A DNA stretch of 64,000 nucleotides, taken from assembly GCA_000503835.1 (NCBI GenBank), contig CP006914.1, forward strand, positions 593,680-657,679. Reading direction: 5' to 3'. The position numbers were made by a program, and so were the translations under genes. Source of the stretch: a candidate division WWE3 bacterium RAAC2_WWE3_1. GTDB lineage: Bacteria > Patescibacteriota > WWE3 > UBA101185 > UBA10185. The notes beneath the pieces were generated by a model. The model saw only the letters and a list, made by a program, of their open reading frames with translations. It was not told the DNA's origin and ran no database searches. This document shows, in pieces, positions 1-10,225 of the stretch. Position 1 is the stretch's first letter, and each line of letters starts with the position of its first letter.

Positions 1-3000
1 CTACATACAGATCGCACCTCTTGGAGAATTCGTTGGTCAGACACATACGCAAAGGCGGTCCCTCCACATTGCGTGCCCTTATTTCCAGAATATACCCGGT
101 GTTTTGCGGTAAATACGGGAATGGAAAGGAGTCGCACACGGCATTCTCAATTGAGGAATATGTTAAAATGCCGGGCGTACCGGAAACGTTAGGCATCTCA
201 TCCTGATTTTGCAGCAAATTGCAGTACCTGTAATAATGATCCATATCCACGGCCTTGCCGCCAAAAGACATGTTCTTATCTACTTTATAAGGTTCGGACA
301 CAAAGGGCGTGAGAACCTTTTGCTCGTCAAGGATCATGGGATAAGCGACGGTGTCCCCTGCCGAATACATTTTGATGTTTTTAAACGTGGTTGCTACGGG
401 GTTATTGCTGCCCAGGGCGTTCGAGTTAAACCTGAGAAAATAATCACTGATGTTCCCTTTTAATGTGAACATGTGAACACCATCTCTGTAATAATTCTCG
501 CACAGCCCCGACTTGCTGCTGAAAACACATATTGAATAAGGGCTGGCAGGGGTCACGTCGGCCTTTATAACGTACGGATTAGAAGTGTTGCTTTCTGCAC
601 TGCTTTCCAGAATTGACGCAACCGGAAGTGTGAGACACGCCTTCAAACCACTGCCGGTCAAAGTAAATCCGTCCTCAAGCTTTTGTATTTCATAAGAACT
701 CTGACCGGAAAGGTCGCTGCAAGGCTCAAGTTCGCCGATAGAGCTCGCGGTGGACACATCAGCTTCTTTCAGAGTATAGATATCAATATTGTTGGAACCG
801 CCGATGTTGTAGTAGAAACCGATATCTTTTTTTCCGTATTCGAAGGAATTTAAAAACAATCCCCGCGGGTCACCATTGACCGACATTTCCACCGCAGAAT
901 CACCTTTAATTCCGTCAAAAACTGTCCTTGTAAGTTCTTCGCCTGAGGATATATGGTTCACAGAAAATACCAGCCCCGCATTTCCGGGAAGACGTTCAAG
1001 TGTAGCGGTCAAAGGAACGCGGGCGGATTTCTCTCCGCTCTCATCTTTGCCCGAAAGTATAGGATCTCCCGTTATAAATTTCGGGTTTATAAAAGTAAAA
1101 TCTCCCCGTTCCTCTATATACTCCTCTTTTATAGTTTCATCGGTATTGGTTATACCGACGTAAGGAAAACTTTCTTCGCCCTCGCTTATATAGGGGTTGT
1201 AGTAGGAATAAACAGTATCGTACGGCTCTTTATAAACAACATCCCCGACCGGATAGAATGTATCGAAAGTCTCAATCCTTGATAGAGGCTGCACCGGAGT
1301 ATATTCATAGACCGACAGTCCCTTTCCGAAGTCACGTGCAAGAGATATCTTCTGTGTTTTCGCGAAGAGACTTTTAATCTCGGGATAAAACAGTTGTTTG
1401 GCATCGGCCGCCGGTATCATTACCGATTCGTCCAATAGTAACCACTTTATCTTATATTTATCTAAAACATCTGTTAACAGTTCCGGATCACGTGAATACA
1501 CCGCATACGACATTTCCCTGTAGTACTGTTCGTTCAGCAGGTTCCACCTGTCAAACTCGCGGTTCATCACGGGTTGTTTGATTCCGAACCATATAAACCC
1601 CGCTCCCTGGTAACCTAAGCGCGTTGCGGGATCCCAATCGTAGTACACCCACCCCCAAAAACTATGGACGGGAAAGTCGGCCACCCTTCCGTAACCGTTC
1701 TGCGAATCAAAGTACTTGAACATTTCGAAGTATTCTTTTGGTATATCCACGCGCATTGACGGACTTATCAAATTCCCCGAAAAGGCCGGCCACATATAAT
1801 AAATTAAAACGGCGGTCACGAGGGTTAAAATGGTGCCCCTCACAAACTTGGGAAGAAGTACTCTCCTTGTAATCTTGTGGAAAAGACTTGCAAACCAACT
1901 TAAAGCGTAACCGAAAAACACGCTGTAAGCGAACATCAATCCGATCGAAAATTTTGTAAACGGGAATCTGAAGGCCTCTTTAAACAGAGGGATGGTGTTC
2001 TGCAACAGCACAAAAAGACCTCCAAACGGGGGGTTGACGTTGAAAAGGAAAAAGATGCCGATGGCGAAAAAGGCAAATGCTCCGTATCCGAATTTTTCCC
2101 TTCTTATGATTGAAGCTATTATTCCCAAACAGGCAATAACGAACAGACCGTAGCCCAGTAACAATACTCCCGGATTGCCGAGATGCCCGATCCACTCATC
2201 CAAAAGTTCGCCGTACTGTGCATCCCCCGTATGCTCCCCCCAACTGAACAAAAAACTTCTTAAAATGGTAACGTCCTGAGTACCTCCGTATTTTTTATTG
2301 GCTAAAAAGGCCTCATTAGAGAACAAACCATGTATCTTTGACATATTCACTTCTCTGCCGTGATTTGTGACAAAATAAAAATTAGGGAGCAGCCAGAAAA
2401 AATTTATAAGAATCGTGGTAAAGAATATGACCGCAACCCTTTTTATGTACTCGGGGCGCCACAACAATTTTTGAGAAAGGTCCGTTAAAAGGATGATCAA
2501 AAAGTATCCAAAAAAGTAAATGAGAAACGCATAAAATAACGTACTTGTGTGCGCCTGGGAAGATCCGAAGAGCGTAAATAGAAAAAAGGCCGTCAGATAC
2601 TTACGTTTTCCCGTCCGGTAAAACATGGAAGAAGACCACATATACCAACCTAGAAACCCAAAATGAGTCAAAAACATCTCCAGAGGAACATAAAAATTCT
2701 GAAGTGTCCCAAGATTTAGCAGATAAAAAAGGGCCCCGACGAATGCCCCCAGCAATTTGGAAGGGTTCTGGAACTTACGGAGCAGTACATCCTTGAGAAA
2801 AAAATAAACGCCGAAAGAGCCGAGAAAAAGCATTAGAAAGGCATAGGCGTAACGGATAAAATTCAGGCTGAAGAAAAGATCTATTAGAGAGATGAGCAGT
2901 ATCCTGGGAATTTCCGAGGCGTGGGATTGAGAAGCCACAGCACCCAGCCCCTGATGTTCCTGCCACACACCGCCCAAAATGCGCTGCCAGTACAGTGAAA

Positions 3001-3161
3001 GATTAAATTCGGGGTGCAGGGTGTCCCAGCCTGTTAAAAAAGTGCCCGGGGTGTAATTTTTGACCAAGATTATTAGAATTATCACGAAAAGGAGTATCGG
3101 ATAGAAACCTGTTTTCGGTAATTTTTTTGGCAACGGTAGTTTGAAAACCCTTATGTTCACC
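1..3161 (-). CDS. Very large polytopic membrane protein with a large extracytoplasmic C-terminal domain, possibly a GT-C-type glycosyltransferase. It is partial: the 3' end runs off the window start.
   Basis: I translated the minus strand by eye. There is one continuous frame from a GTG at 3161 (the first ATG is at 2833) down past coordinate 1, with no stop. That gives more than 1050 aa in the window. It is missing from the ORF track because it is incomplete. The N-terminal third has many hydrophobic helices (e.g. ILLFVIILIILV, FLMLFLGSFGVYFF). The rest is a long soluble domain rich in N, G and S. The start codon is uncertain. Confidence 0.6.
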
Positions 3162-3279
3162 CCCCAAGTATAGGTTTTATGAGGGATTTGGGCAATTGCA
3201 GATGTGTAAAACCCGGCCGCCCGAAAAAAAACGGTATCAGGGGTGGATTAAGATCCAACTACCCGATACCGTTTGAAAC

Positions 3280-4266
3280 TCAGCGGAGTATAAGAGGCAG
3301 AAATACCTCGTATTTCCCGTTCTTTCCATTCGTAACAATGGCCGCCCAGCTGTGATCCTGTTCTTCGCCATCAGCATTAACCGAGACGTTTACAGATTTC
3401 CCGGGTAATTCGAGAGGTTCCAGCTGGTAAATTACAATCTCGGCTTTATCACCAACTATCTCCAGATCGAAATACCAGACACCGTTCTGCCAGGTTTGTT
3501 CTCCTACCAGCCGGCCGAAAACAACCACGGGAATTACATTCTCAGCGGTCATTTTAACGTGAATTACGTCTCCGTCTGTTCCGTATGTAGTAACTACAAA
3601 ATCGAACGGAAGCAGCGTGGTAACGTTCAGTTCATCGCCGCTCATCGCCGCGTGCCAACCGTTATCACCGGTATTTATACCCCCGGAGAGAGTTACACGG
3701 GAGGAAACCGGTGTGGCGGTAGGTGGAACCTCCGTGGGCATTGGAGTCAGGGACGCAACGGCGGTCGGTTCCAAAGTTGCTGTTGGTGTATCGGTACTCG
3801 TGGAAACGGGTGTGCCGGTGACAATAGGAGTTGGTGTCGGGGGAGGCGGTTCGGGCAAAATACATTTTCCATCCACCGGGGATGAAACTACGATATGTCC
3901 GGATTCCTCAATAAACACACACTCGGCCGGGGCTAACCCGGCGGTCAACTCATCTACTCTACTTTGCGGTGGGTAATACCCACCCTCGTAGTAGCATCCC
4001 CACGTGTTATTAAGGGGAACACCACCCAGAGCAAATGGCGCGTGTCCGAAAACAAGAGCTCTTCCGATGAGACCGTACGATTCAGTTTCCGTTACCACAA
4101 TTGACTGATCAGTCGATAACCACAATGCCCCTTCTCCAAGCGGTCCCGGAACATCGACCAGCGTATAGTGATTACAACTGGACTCCTGGTAACTTTCAGC
4201 GAAAACCGCTCCCGCGGTTATTGCGACAATGAACAAGACAGTGAAAACAACGATTTTTGCGTTCAT
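3280..4266 (-). CDS. Secreted hypothetical protein with an N-terminal signal peptide and a long Pro/Thr-rich linker.
   Basis: The 328-aa ORF starts MNAKIVVFTVLFIVAITAGAVFA, which looks like a signal peptide. The middle has PEPPPPTPTPIVTGTPVSTSTDTPTATLEPTAVASLTPMPTEVPPTATP. This stretch is locally GC-rich because of Pro, Thr and Ala codons. Confidence 0.6.
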   Translation of the reverse strand: MNAKIVVFTVLFIVAITAGAVFAESYQESSCNHYTLVDVPGPLGEGALWLSTDQSIVVTETESYGLIGRALVFGHAPFALGGVPLNNTWGCYYEGGYYPPQSRVDELTAGLAPAECVFIEESGHIVVSSPVDGKCILPEPPPPTPTPIVTGTPVSTSTDTPTATLEPTAVASLTPMPTEVPPTATPVSSRVTLSGGINTGDNGWHAAMSGDELNVTTLLPFDFVVTTYGTDGDVIHVKMTAENVIPVVVFGRLVGEQTWQNGVWYFDLEIVGDKAEIVIYQLEPLELPGKSVNVSVNADGEEQDHSWAAIVTNGKNGKYEVFLPLILR

Positions 4267-4341
4267 TTTGCTCTCCTTTATTTTAGGATTACGTATCGGA
4301 AATTGGGGCTAGTTTACAACGAAAAGGCTCTAAAGTCAAAA

Positions 4342-6717
4342 CTATAGGATTTCTGTCAGAGGGTAAAAACAGATGGCGTTGCCGTCATAACAAATGAAAA
4401 AATCCCACATTTTGTCGAATCCTCTGATAACCTGTCGCTTGCTTGTAACCTCGATCTGAATCAAGTCCTGCAGAGGGATGGAAACACTGCTTTTGTCTTT
4501 ATTCAGAACCGCAGACTCCCATTTCCACTTATTATAGGCGTAAGCTACATAAACCGAGTCCGAGGAATCGGCAAGAGTAACGTTCACTACTCCATCACCT
4601 AAAGCCACTTCTACGGAACCGTCGAAGGCCGTAAAGGGGGTAAAAACATTTTTCGGCGCCAACCTTCCTGAATAATAAACATAGGTGTCGTACGAACCGC
4701 GAAGCAGATCGTCGTATTTGCCGTCCCTTATAAAGTGCTGGTCAAAATATCTCCACCCGTGCAACTCCTTGATGTTCATTTCCTGCGCCGGCAAATCAAT
4801 CCTGACCCTACTCACCCCCTCCAGACTAAGTCTCATCTGGTTTCCCCCGCCTTCGGGGTAATTTATATCCACAAACTCCCCGTTGTCTTTGTAGAATCTG
4901 ACATTAAAAGATTTGCGCGGCAGCAGTTCGCGGTCAAGGATCAGGTTATTTCCCATGTAAATCCTAAGATGTTCCTGAGAAAGCGCCGGGTTGTTGTATT
5001 TAAGGTAGTCGCTCCTTCTGAAAAGGTACAAAACATTTCCATCCGGAAGATCGAACGACTGAGACAGCTCAAATTCAGGATGGCGGCCATCTAAAAAATA
5101 GGACACCAATTGTCTTAATACAGCAATATTTCTAAGTCCGGGAGGCCCTGGATCCTTTGGAATAATGGCAAAATCTATAGTTGCAAGGTAATTTGCAAGT
5201 TCTTCGTCACTTAATTGGTCGGGGCGGTTGTAGGGAATTTGTAAGTTCATTTCGAAATAGCGGTTTTCGAGCAAATACATGTCAAAGGAGGCTATAGAGT
5301 AAAATCTGTTGTCCGACACTTCTAAAACCCTGTATTTTCCGTGGATGTTCGGTTCGTCATTGGCCAGTGTGTTGATTGTGTGAACTATCGTTTCTCCTTT
5401 CCAATCCTTACCGTTATATGCGTACGAATAAGGTTCCGCTACCCAGGTAAGCCTGTATCCGGGTCCGGCAAAAAGCGTTGAAATAAAATAGAGGTTCTTA
5501 GGCAACGTCTGATATTGGTTGAATGAGAAGAAAAAGTAGTAGAAAAAGAGGTAGAAAAGATAAATTCCTATCCCGATGTTCGGAAGTTTCTTTGTAGGTC
5601 TCATCGTAAAAAAACACGCTATCGTAAAGGCAAAAAGCGGAGTCAAGGGAAGAATGTACCTCAGATCTTTGTTTTGAATCAGTGTCAATACGAAATATGG
5701 AATGACGGTCGCCCAAAGGATATATCTGCCCATGTTCCTGTTCTGCTTAAAAAGGAAGCTCACGGACACTATGAACAAAAGTATAGAGATTATCCCGATC
5801 TGATGCGTCGTCGAGAGCTTGATGTAATGGAAAAAACTTTCGAAGCTCAGAACCTCAGAAGGATCGCCGGCATCCGCCGTAGATGAAATCTGAACGTTTT
5901 GGATAATGGTTTTGAAATTAACAACGTACCAGGGAGCCGCAACCACCAATACGATGAGCCCGCCCACGACCAGATTCGTCCACCTGTTTCTATCGTGTAA
6001 AACCTTTGCTTTAAAAGGCGAATAAAAAACGTGATAAAGGAAAGGGAAAGCAAGAAATACGAACGCGTACCACTTAGTGAGCTGAGCAAAAGCTAAAAGA
6101 AGAAAGAACAGCACCGAATGGTATTTATCAATAAGACCGCGGGACTTGATCAAATGGTAAAAGGCGCCTAACAAAAGGGCGGTAAGCGGAACATCCAGAT
6201 GGTACTGCCTGCTCTGTTCCCAGACCTGGGGAAAAAGTGAAAAAATTAACACGGCCAGTAAGGCCGTCTTTTTGTTCTGAGTAACTTCTTTAACTAGAAG
6301 GTACAAATATATCTGGGCGATGACTAAAAATCCTGTTCCCAGCATGAGAGCAAATTCATAATTTCTTCCAATCGTTAAAAATATGAGACTGCCCAAAAAA
6401 TGCAGAAACGGCGGGTAATACGTCGAAACCCGGATCAACGAGATTAGGTTGACGTGGCCGCCAAGAAACTCGGGAATCCTGTCCGCATAAATGTAAGAAA
6501 GAACTATGTGCCCCGCACTATCCCAGGTCGGGGGTGCTGTATTTATAAACTGCCATATTATATTCAGCGTAATATTGAAAATGATAATTAAGGCCAAAAT
6601 TAACGCATATTTATTAGAAAAAAAGGTTCTTATCTTCTCCGAAAGTTTCTCCGGAAGCTTCGTAGTTTCCATTGATATTATGGTAGCACGTTGGTGTTGG
6701 GGGGTTAAGAGGCACAA
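4342..6717 (-). CDS. GT-C fold glycosyltransferase resembling GT39/GT83 (PMT or ArnT-like). It has an N-terminal multi-TM domain and a C-terminal extracytoplasmic domain.
   Basis: The 791-aa ORF has about 12 predicted TM helices in its first roughly 420 aa. A DSAGH-type acidic motif sits in the first loop. The overall architecture is typical of ArnT/PMT_2 family proteins. The family call is pattern-based only. Confidence 0.6.
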   Translation of the reverse strand: MCLLTPQHQRATIISMETTKLPEKLSEKIRTFFSNKYALILALIIIFNITLNIIWQFINTAPPTWDSAGHIVLSYIYADRIPEFLGGHVNLISLIRVSTYYPPFLHFLGSLIFLTIGRNYEFALMLGTGFLVIAQIYLYLLVKEVTQNKKTALLAVLIFSLFPQVWEQSRQYHLDVPLTALLLGAFYHLIKSRGLIDKYHSVLFFLLLAFAQLTKWYAFVFLAFPFLYHVFYSPFKAKVLHDRNRWTNLVVGGLIVLVVAAPWYVVNFKTIIQNVQISSTADAGDPSEVLSFESFFHYIKLSTTHQIGIISILLFIVSVSFLFKQNRNMGRYILWATVIPYFVLTLIQNKDLRYILPLTPLFAFTIACFFTMRPTKKLPNIGIGIYLFYLFFYYFFFSFNQYQTLPKNLYFISTLFAGPGYRLTWVAEPYSYAYNGKDWKGETIVHTINTLANDEPNIHGKYRVLEVSDNRFYSIASFDMYLLENRYFEMNLQIPYNRPDQLSDEELANYLATIDFAIIPKDPGPPGLRNIAVLRQLVSYFLDGRHPEFELSQSFDLPDGNVLYLFRRSDYLKYNNPALSQEHLRIYMGNNLILDRELLPRKSFNVRFYKDNGEFVDINYPEGGGNQMRLSLEGVSRVRIDLPAQEMNIKELHGWRYFDQHFIRDGKYDDLLRGSYDTYVYYSGRLAPKNVFTPFTAFDGSVEVALGDGVVNVTLADSSDSVYVAYAYNKWKWESAVLNKDKSSVSIPLQDLIQIEVTSKRQVIRGFDKMWDFFICYDGNAICFYPLTEIL

Positions 6718-6832
6718 AAAAACCGCTTGCGCGGACTAAAAAACGTACCGGAGGATGCAGCTCTTGAATCAAAGTCTTGTTAGACAATGTTTCTTGATTC
6801 TGCGATCCTCCGGCGTGGTGCGGATGTGGGAA

Positions 6833-7681
6833 CTACTTAAGCTTGAATATCTCCCCGGTGCTCAAAATTGCAAACGCAACGGGCTTCTTCTCGGTAGCTT
6901 GCTTTTCAGCAAGTTTGGCTTTGAGAACGTCGTCGAGCACCTCATCAGTCGGGACGATGAATTTCTCCATCCAGACATTGAAATGCTCATTCTGATCGTT
7001 CCACCCGGTCGTGATAGCGATTGAGTTGGGTTCGGTCGTAATAAATCCGGCGACAAAACCCTTATCAGGGAACGGATAATCTACCTGCTTGGCATTGGCA
7101 TTACCGGCATCGGACGAAATAATAACGACGAAAACGGGTTTGCCGTTTTCCTTTATAATTCCATCCCAGTCACGTTTATCTTCCATTGGAAGAGTGACTG
7201 TCCCGGTAGTTACTTGCGGCCATCCGGTAGGTTTGACTTCCCATCCCGTGATAAACTCGCCACCCCCTACTTGAGTCACCGTCATAATGACGGGGAGAGA
7301 GGCAGTGGTCTGAGCTTGCGCTACGGTCTTTGGCTGTTCAACAGCAACCGGAGCAGCAGGAACTTCGGCGTCAGCGGCAGGCTTTGCGGCCTCAGCAACC
7401 ACGACGGCGGGCGCAACAGGTTCCAGCGCAGCTGCCTTTGAAACACTGTTCGCAAAAAGCAGGCCCACGACCACCAATGTGGCGAAGAGAACAATAGCCA
7501 AGGAGCCCACAACGATAATCGCGGTGCGATCGCTGTTGCGGGAAACGGGCTTAACCTCTTCGACCACTTCGGCGGGTTCAACCACTTCTGCTTCGACCAC
7601 TTCGGCGGGTTCAACCGCGGGGTCTTCGTCGAACGCTACCAACGGTACATCCTTTTTCTTATTACGTTTCCAGAATGCCAT
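6833..7681 (-). CDS. Single-pass membrane-anchored protein with an acidic repetitive N-terminus and an Ala/Pro/Val-rich spacer. Hypothetical.
   Basis: The 282-aa ORF has PAEVVEAEVVEPAEVVEEV repeats. One TM helix reads AIIVVGSLAIVLFATLVVVGLLFA. The Ala/Pro/Val-rich spacer gives about 60% GC locally. A globular C-terminus follows. Confidence 0.55.
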   Translation of the reverse strand: MAFWKRNKKKDVPLVAFDEDPAVEPAEVVEAEVVEPAEVVEEVKPVSRNSDRTAIIVVGSLAIVLFATLVVVGLLFANSVSKAAALEPVAPAVVVAEAAKPAADAEVPAAPVAVEQPKTVAQAQTTASLPVIMTVTQVGGGEFITGWEVKPTGWPQVTTGTVTLPMEDKRDWDGIIKENGKPVFVVIISSDAGNANAKQVDYPFPDKGFVAGFITTEPNSIAITTGWNDQNEHFNVWMEKFIVPTDEVLDDVLKAKLAEKQATEKKPVAFAILSTGEIFKLK

Positions 7682-8167
7682 TTCACACCTCCTTCAAGGT
7701 TCGGGCTTGGCTGCCCTTTGATTAGAAGATTTTTTTGAAAACAACTGGGTCCCACACCCCTTCTACACACATCCAGGTAAATTAGATATGCACAAAAGGG
7801 GTGCAAGATCCCGGAACGGAATAACCGCAAAGGTTAAACCGGCCTAATCAAATAGTCCTTTATAGAGGATTCCCACACTACACCTTGTCAAAGTACTTTC
7901 ACCGGAATATTTACCGGCAAAAAGCAGTTTAATAAACTGCTAGTTAATATGCTTCGTGGGCACATGAATCAACAGTTTAAGTAAATTTTGTATTCTGGGA
8001 GATTTGCCTGAAATTAGGCGGTTGTACGTCTCCTTCCAGAACACACTAGATAGTAACAAATCCCCGTCCTTTTGTCAAAACTATGGGACGTTAGGGAAGA
8101 AATATAAAAAGTCGGCCTGCAGATGTTTGTTGTGTTTATTTGATACCATCTGCAGACCTTTCAAAAA

Positions 8168-8503
8168 TTACTTTACTCTCCCGCGGGCACGTACACCGGA
8201 CTTGGAGGAGGTTTTAGCAGCAGCTTCCTTCTTCAAGCTTTCTTCCGCTTCTTTTGCCTTCCTCTCTTCCTCAGCCCTTGCGGCGAGGTTTTTGTCCCTC
8301 AGAGATCTAAGAAAAGCTCCCAGCAACAATCCTCCGGTCTGCACCAAAATGTTCCCGACATTCAGGTACTTTACAAAGAGTTGAGGATACGCTAAGGCTC
8401 CCAAGATAAGAAGGACAAAATATACGACCAAAAGAACCAAAACCCATTTAATTCGGATAATGTACCCGATTAACGCCGAGATTAAAAAATCAAAAACAAA
8501 CAT
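8168..8503 (-). CDS. Small membrane protein with two TM helices and a Lys/Glu/Ala-rich tail. Hypothetical.
   Basis: The 111-aa ORF has a hydrophobic N-terminal half and a charged C-terminal tail. An imperfect hairpin (8113..8158) lies just after its stop. Confidence 0.45.
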   Translation of the reverse strand: MFVFDFLISALIGYIIRIKWVLVLLVVYFVLLILGALAYPQLFVKYLNVGNILVQTGGLLLGAFLRSLRDKNLAARAEEERKAKEAEESLKKEAAAKTSSKSGVRARGRVK

Positions 8504-8697
8504 GTCACCTCTCCTTTGTTAGTAGTTGTTTCTTGCTGTTCGGATAATACCATACACTATAAGTCATGTCTACTTCCCGAGAGGTTAATACTTATGACGC
8601 ATCTCAGGAAATCCACGGTTAAAGGAAAAGGCTACAAAATGAACAAATAAATAATGCATCAGAAAACAGACAGACGTGACGCGGAAATCTTCCCAAA

Positions 8698-8832
8698 TTA
8701 AACCAAAAACTTCCTCAAAGCCTCCTCAATCAGCTCTCCCAAGGTCATATCATTTTGTATAGCGTGAACCTGAGCAAGCTTTTTAAGTGTCCTGTCAAGC
8801 AAAACTGTCGTCTTTATTTTGCTGTTATCCAT
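8698..8832 (-). CDS. 44-aa ribbon-helix-helix (CopG/Arc-like) small protein. It is not in the ORF track.
   Basis: Translating the minus strand by eye gives MDNSKIKTTVLLDRTLKKLAQVHAIQNDMTLGELIEEALRKFLV. It is preceded by a perfect SD, AAGGAGG, 6 nt upstream of the ATG. A beta-strand-like stretch (KTTVLL) followed by two helices fits an RHH fold. Confidence 0.45.
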   Translation of the reverse strand: MDNSKIKTTVLLDRTLKKLAQVHAIQNDMTLGELIEEALRKFLV

Positions 8833-9247
8833 TCAGAACCTCCTTTATTAAATATCCACATTCCTAAAAGTTATCCACACGCAATTTCTAACTTATAGGA
8901 TGAAACAACATTCATCTAATACATATAACTGTACAACAGTACGTACTTCCATAACAGCAATGCACATAAGAACTTAACTACAAACTCCGCAGTCCTCCAT
9001 AAAAATACGGGTGTCAGACTAACAACCATCGCTTGTTACGCGTGATAAATAATATAAAGTTTATATAAATCATGCTTCGGCTGCTCTGAAGCATGGACTT
9101 ATTGCAATCCTAGATTGCAAAAAAACGCTTCGACAAAAAACACTCTGCGGTCGCCGCTATTTATGTCGCTTCTGGTGGAGTGTTTTTTTGTGCTCCCATA
9201 CACTTTTCATACCGGAAAATTTTGCGCTATAAGTCTCAGGGCTCTGA

Positions 9248-10225
9248 CTATTCTACCAACTTTGAGAAAATAATCCTGCCTGCCGAGGATTGTATTATCT
9301 TCGAAACTACAGCCTCTACTTCCTCACCCACGCGCTCTTTTGCCCCCTCTACTATTATCATGGTGCCGTCGGACAAATACCCGATACCCTGCTCCTTTTC
9401 CTTGCCCTGTTGGACTATTTTTATTCTTATCGATTCCCCCGGCAGCATAATCGTCTTTAATCCATTTATAAGATCATTTAAATTTAATGTTTTGACACCC
9501 GAAACCTGTGCCACCTTGTTCAAATTAAAATCCATGGTCATGAGTTTTAATTTGTGCTCTTTAGCAAAGGAAACTAACTTGGCGTCTACGCCCTTTCCGT
9601 TCGCGCCTATGTCCGGGATAATAACTTTTGAATGTTTTTTCAGTTCTCTTGCGATGTCCAAACCCCGTCTGCCCCGTTGTCTTTTTAATTTGTCTTTGCT
9701 GTCAGCAATAGTTTGAAGTTCATCCAGTACTGCCTGGATAATTATTAAACGGTGATCTAAAAAGCCTGTTTTGACTATATCTATCACTCTTCCGTCGACT
9801 AATACCGACGTGTCCAGAACAACAGCATGCTCCCAATCGGATTTTCTTTTTGAATCTTCCTCTTCAACCTTTTTCTTTTGTTTTTCACGTCTTGCTTCCT
9901 GTATCTTGCGTGACTGCTGTTCCCAAAAATTGGACACTATCTCGTTAACCACCTTGTGAATTGTTGCCTCAATCCAGTATTGTGCGCTTATTAAAAATAG
10001 GGGGAAAACATAAAAACCTATAAACCCCGAAGCTGCAGAAATTAGAAACTCCCATACTGTATGGTAGCCAAAAAAAGGAAGTTCAAAGAAAAAGGCTGTT
10101 CTTGAAAGATTGAAGCCTAGAATGAAGAATATGACCGCGAAAGCAATCCTAACCCAAATGTTAAACTCCTTCAGTTGAGGAATCCCCTTTGGTTTTTGTT
10201 GTTGTCTGTTTAATCCGTTTTCCAC
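9248..10225 (-). CDS. yacL: PIN and TRAM domain membrane protein, YacL-like.
   Basis: The 325-aa ORF has two N-terminal TM helices. A PIN core follows (VVLDTSVLVDGRV...IIIQAVLDEL). The C-terminus is a TRAM-like beta domain. It sits directly downstream of radA, as in the Firmicutes clpC-radA-yacL arrangement. The annotated start overlaps radA by 65 nt. Confidence 0.7.
   Translation of the reverse strand: MENGLNRQQQKPKGIPQLKEFNIWVRIAFAVIFFILGFNLSRTAFFFELPFFGYHTVWEFLISAASGFIGFYVFPLFLISAQYWIEATIHKVVNEIVSNFWEQQSRKIQEARREKQKKKVEEEDSKRKSDWEHAVVLDTSVLVDGRVIDIVKTGFLDHRLIIIQAVLDELQTIADSKDKLKRQRGRRGLDIARELKKHSKVIIPDIGANGKGVDAKLVSFAKEHKLKLMTMDFNLNKVAQVSGVKTLNLNDLINGLKTIMLPGESIRIKIVQQGKEKEQGIGYLSDGTMIIVEGAKERVGEEVEAVVSKIIQSSAGRIIFSKLVE

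Noticed and set aside
21-1404. Several 60 to 110-aa ORFs on both strands at the window start (21..206, 209..463, 876..1163, 953..1282, 1186..1404).
   Set aside because: They all sit inside or antisense to the single long minus-strand frame, which reads through from 3161 to before coordinate 1. They have low-complexity, odd composition.
3496-3976. Plus-strand ORFs of 119 to 129 aa rich in G, R and C, opposite the PT-rich secreted gene.
   Set aside because: They are antisense artefacts of the GC-rich Pro/Thr codon run. They have no start context.
8004-8384. 126-aa plus-strand ORF in the 7.7 to 8.4 kb region.
   Set aside because: It overlaps the better-supported minus-strand small membrane gene and the upstream non-coding region. 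Its composition is poor.
9180-9716. 178-aa plus-strand ORF overlapping the PIN/TRAM gene.
   Set aside because: It is antisense to a gene with a recognisable domain and conserved synteny.
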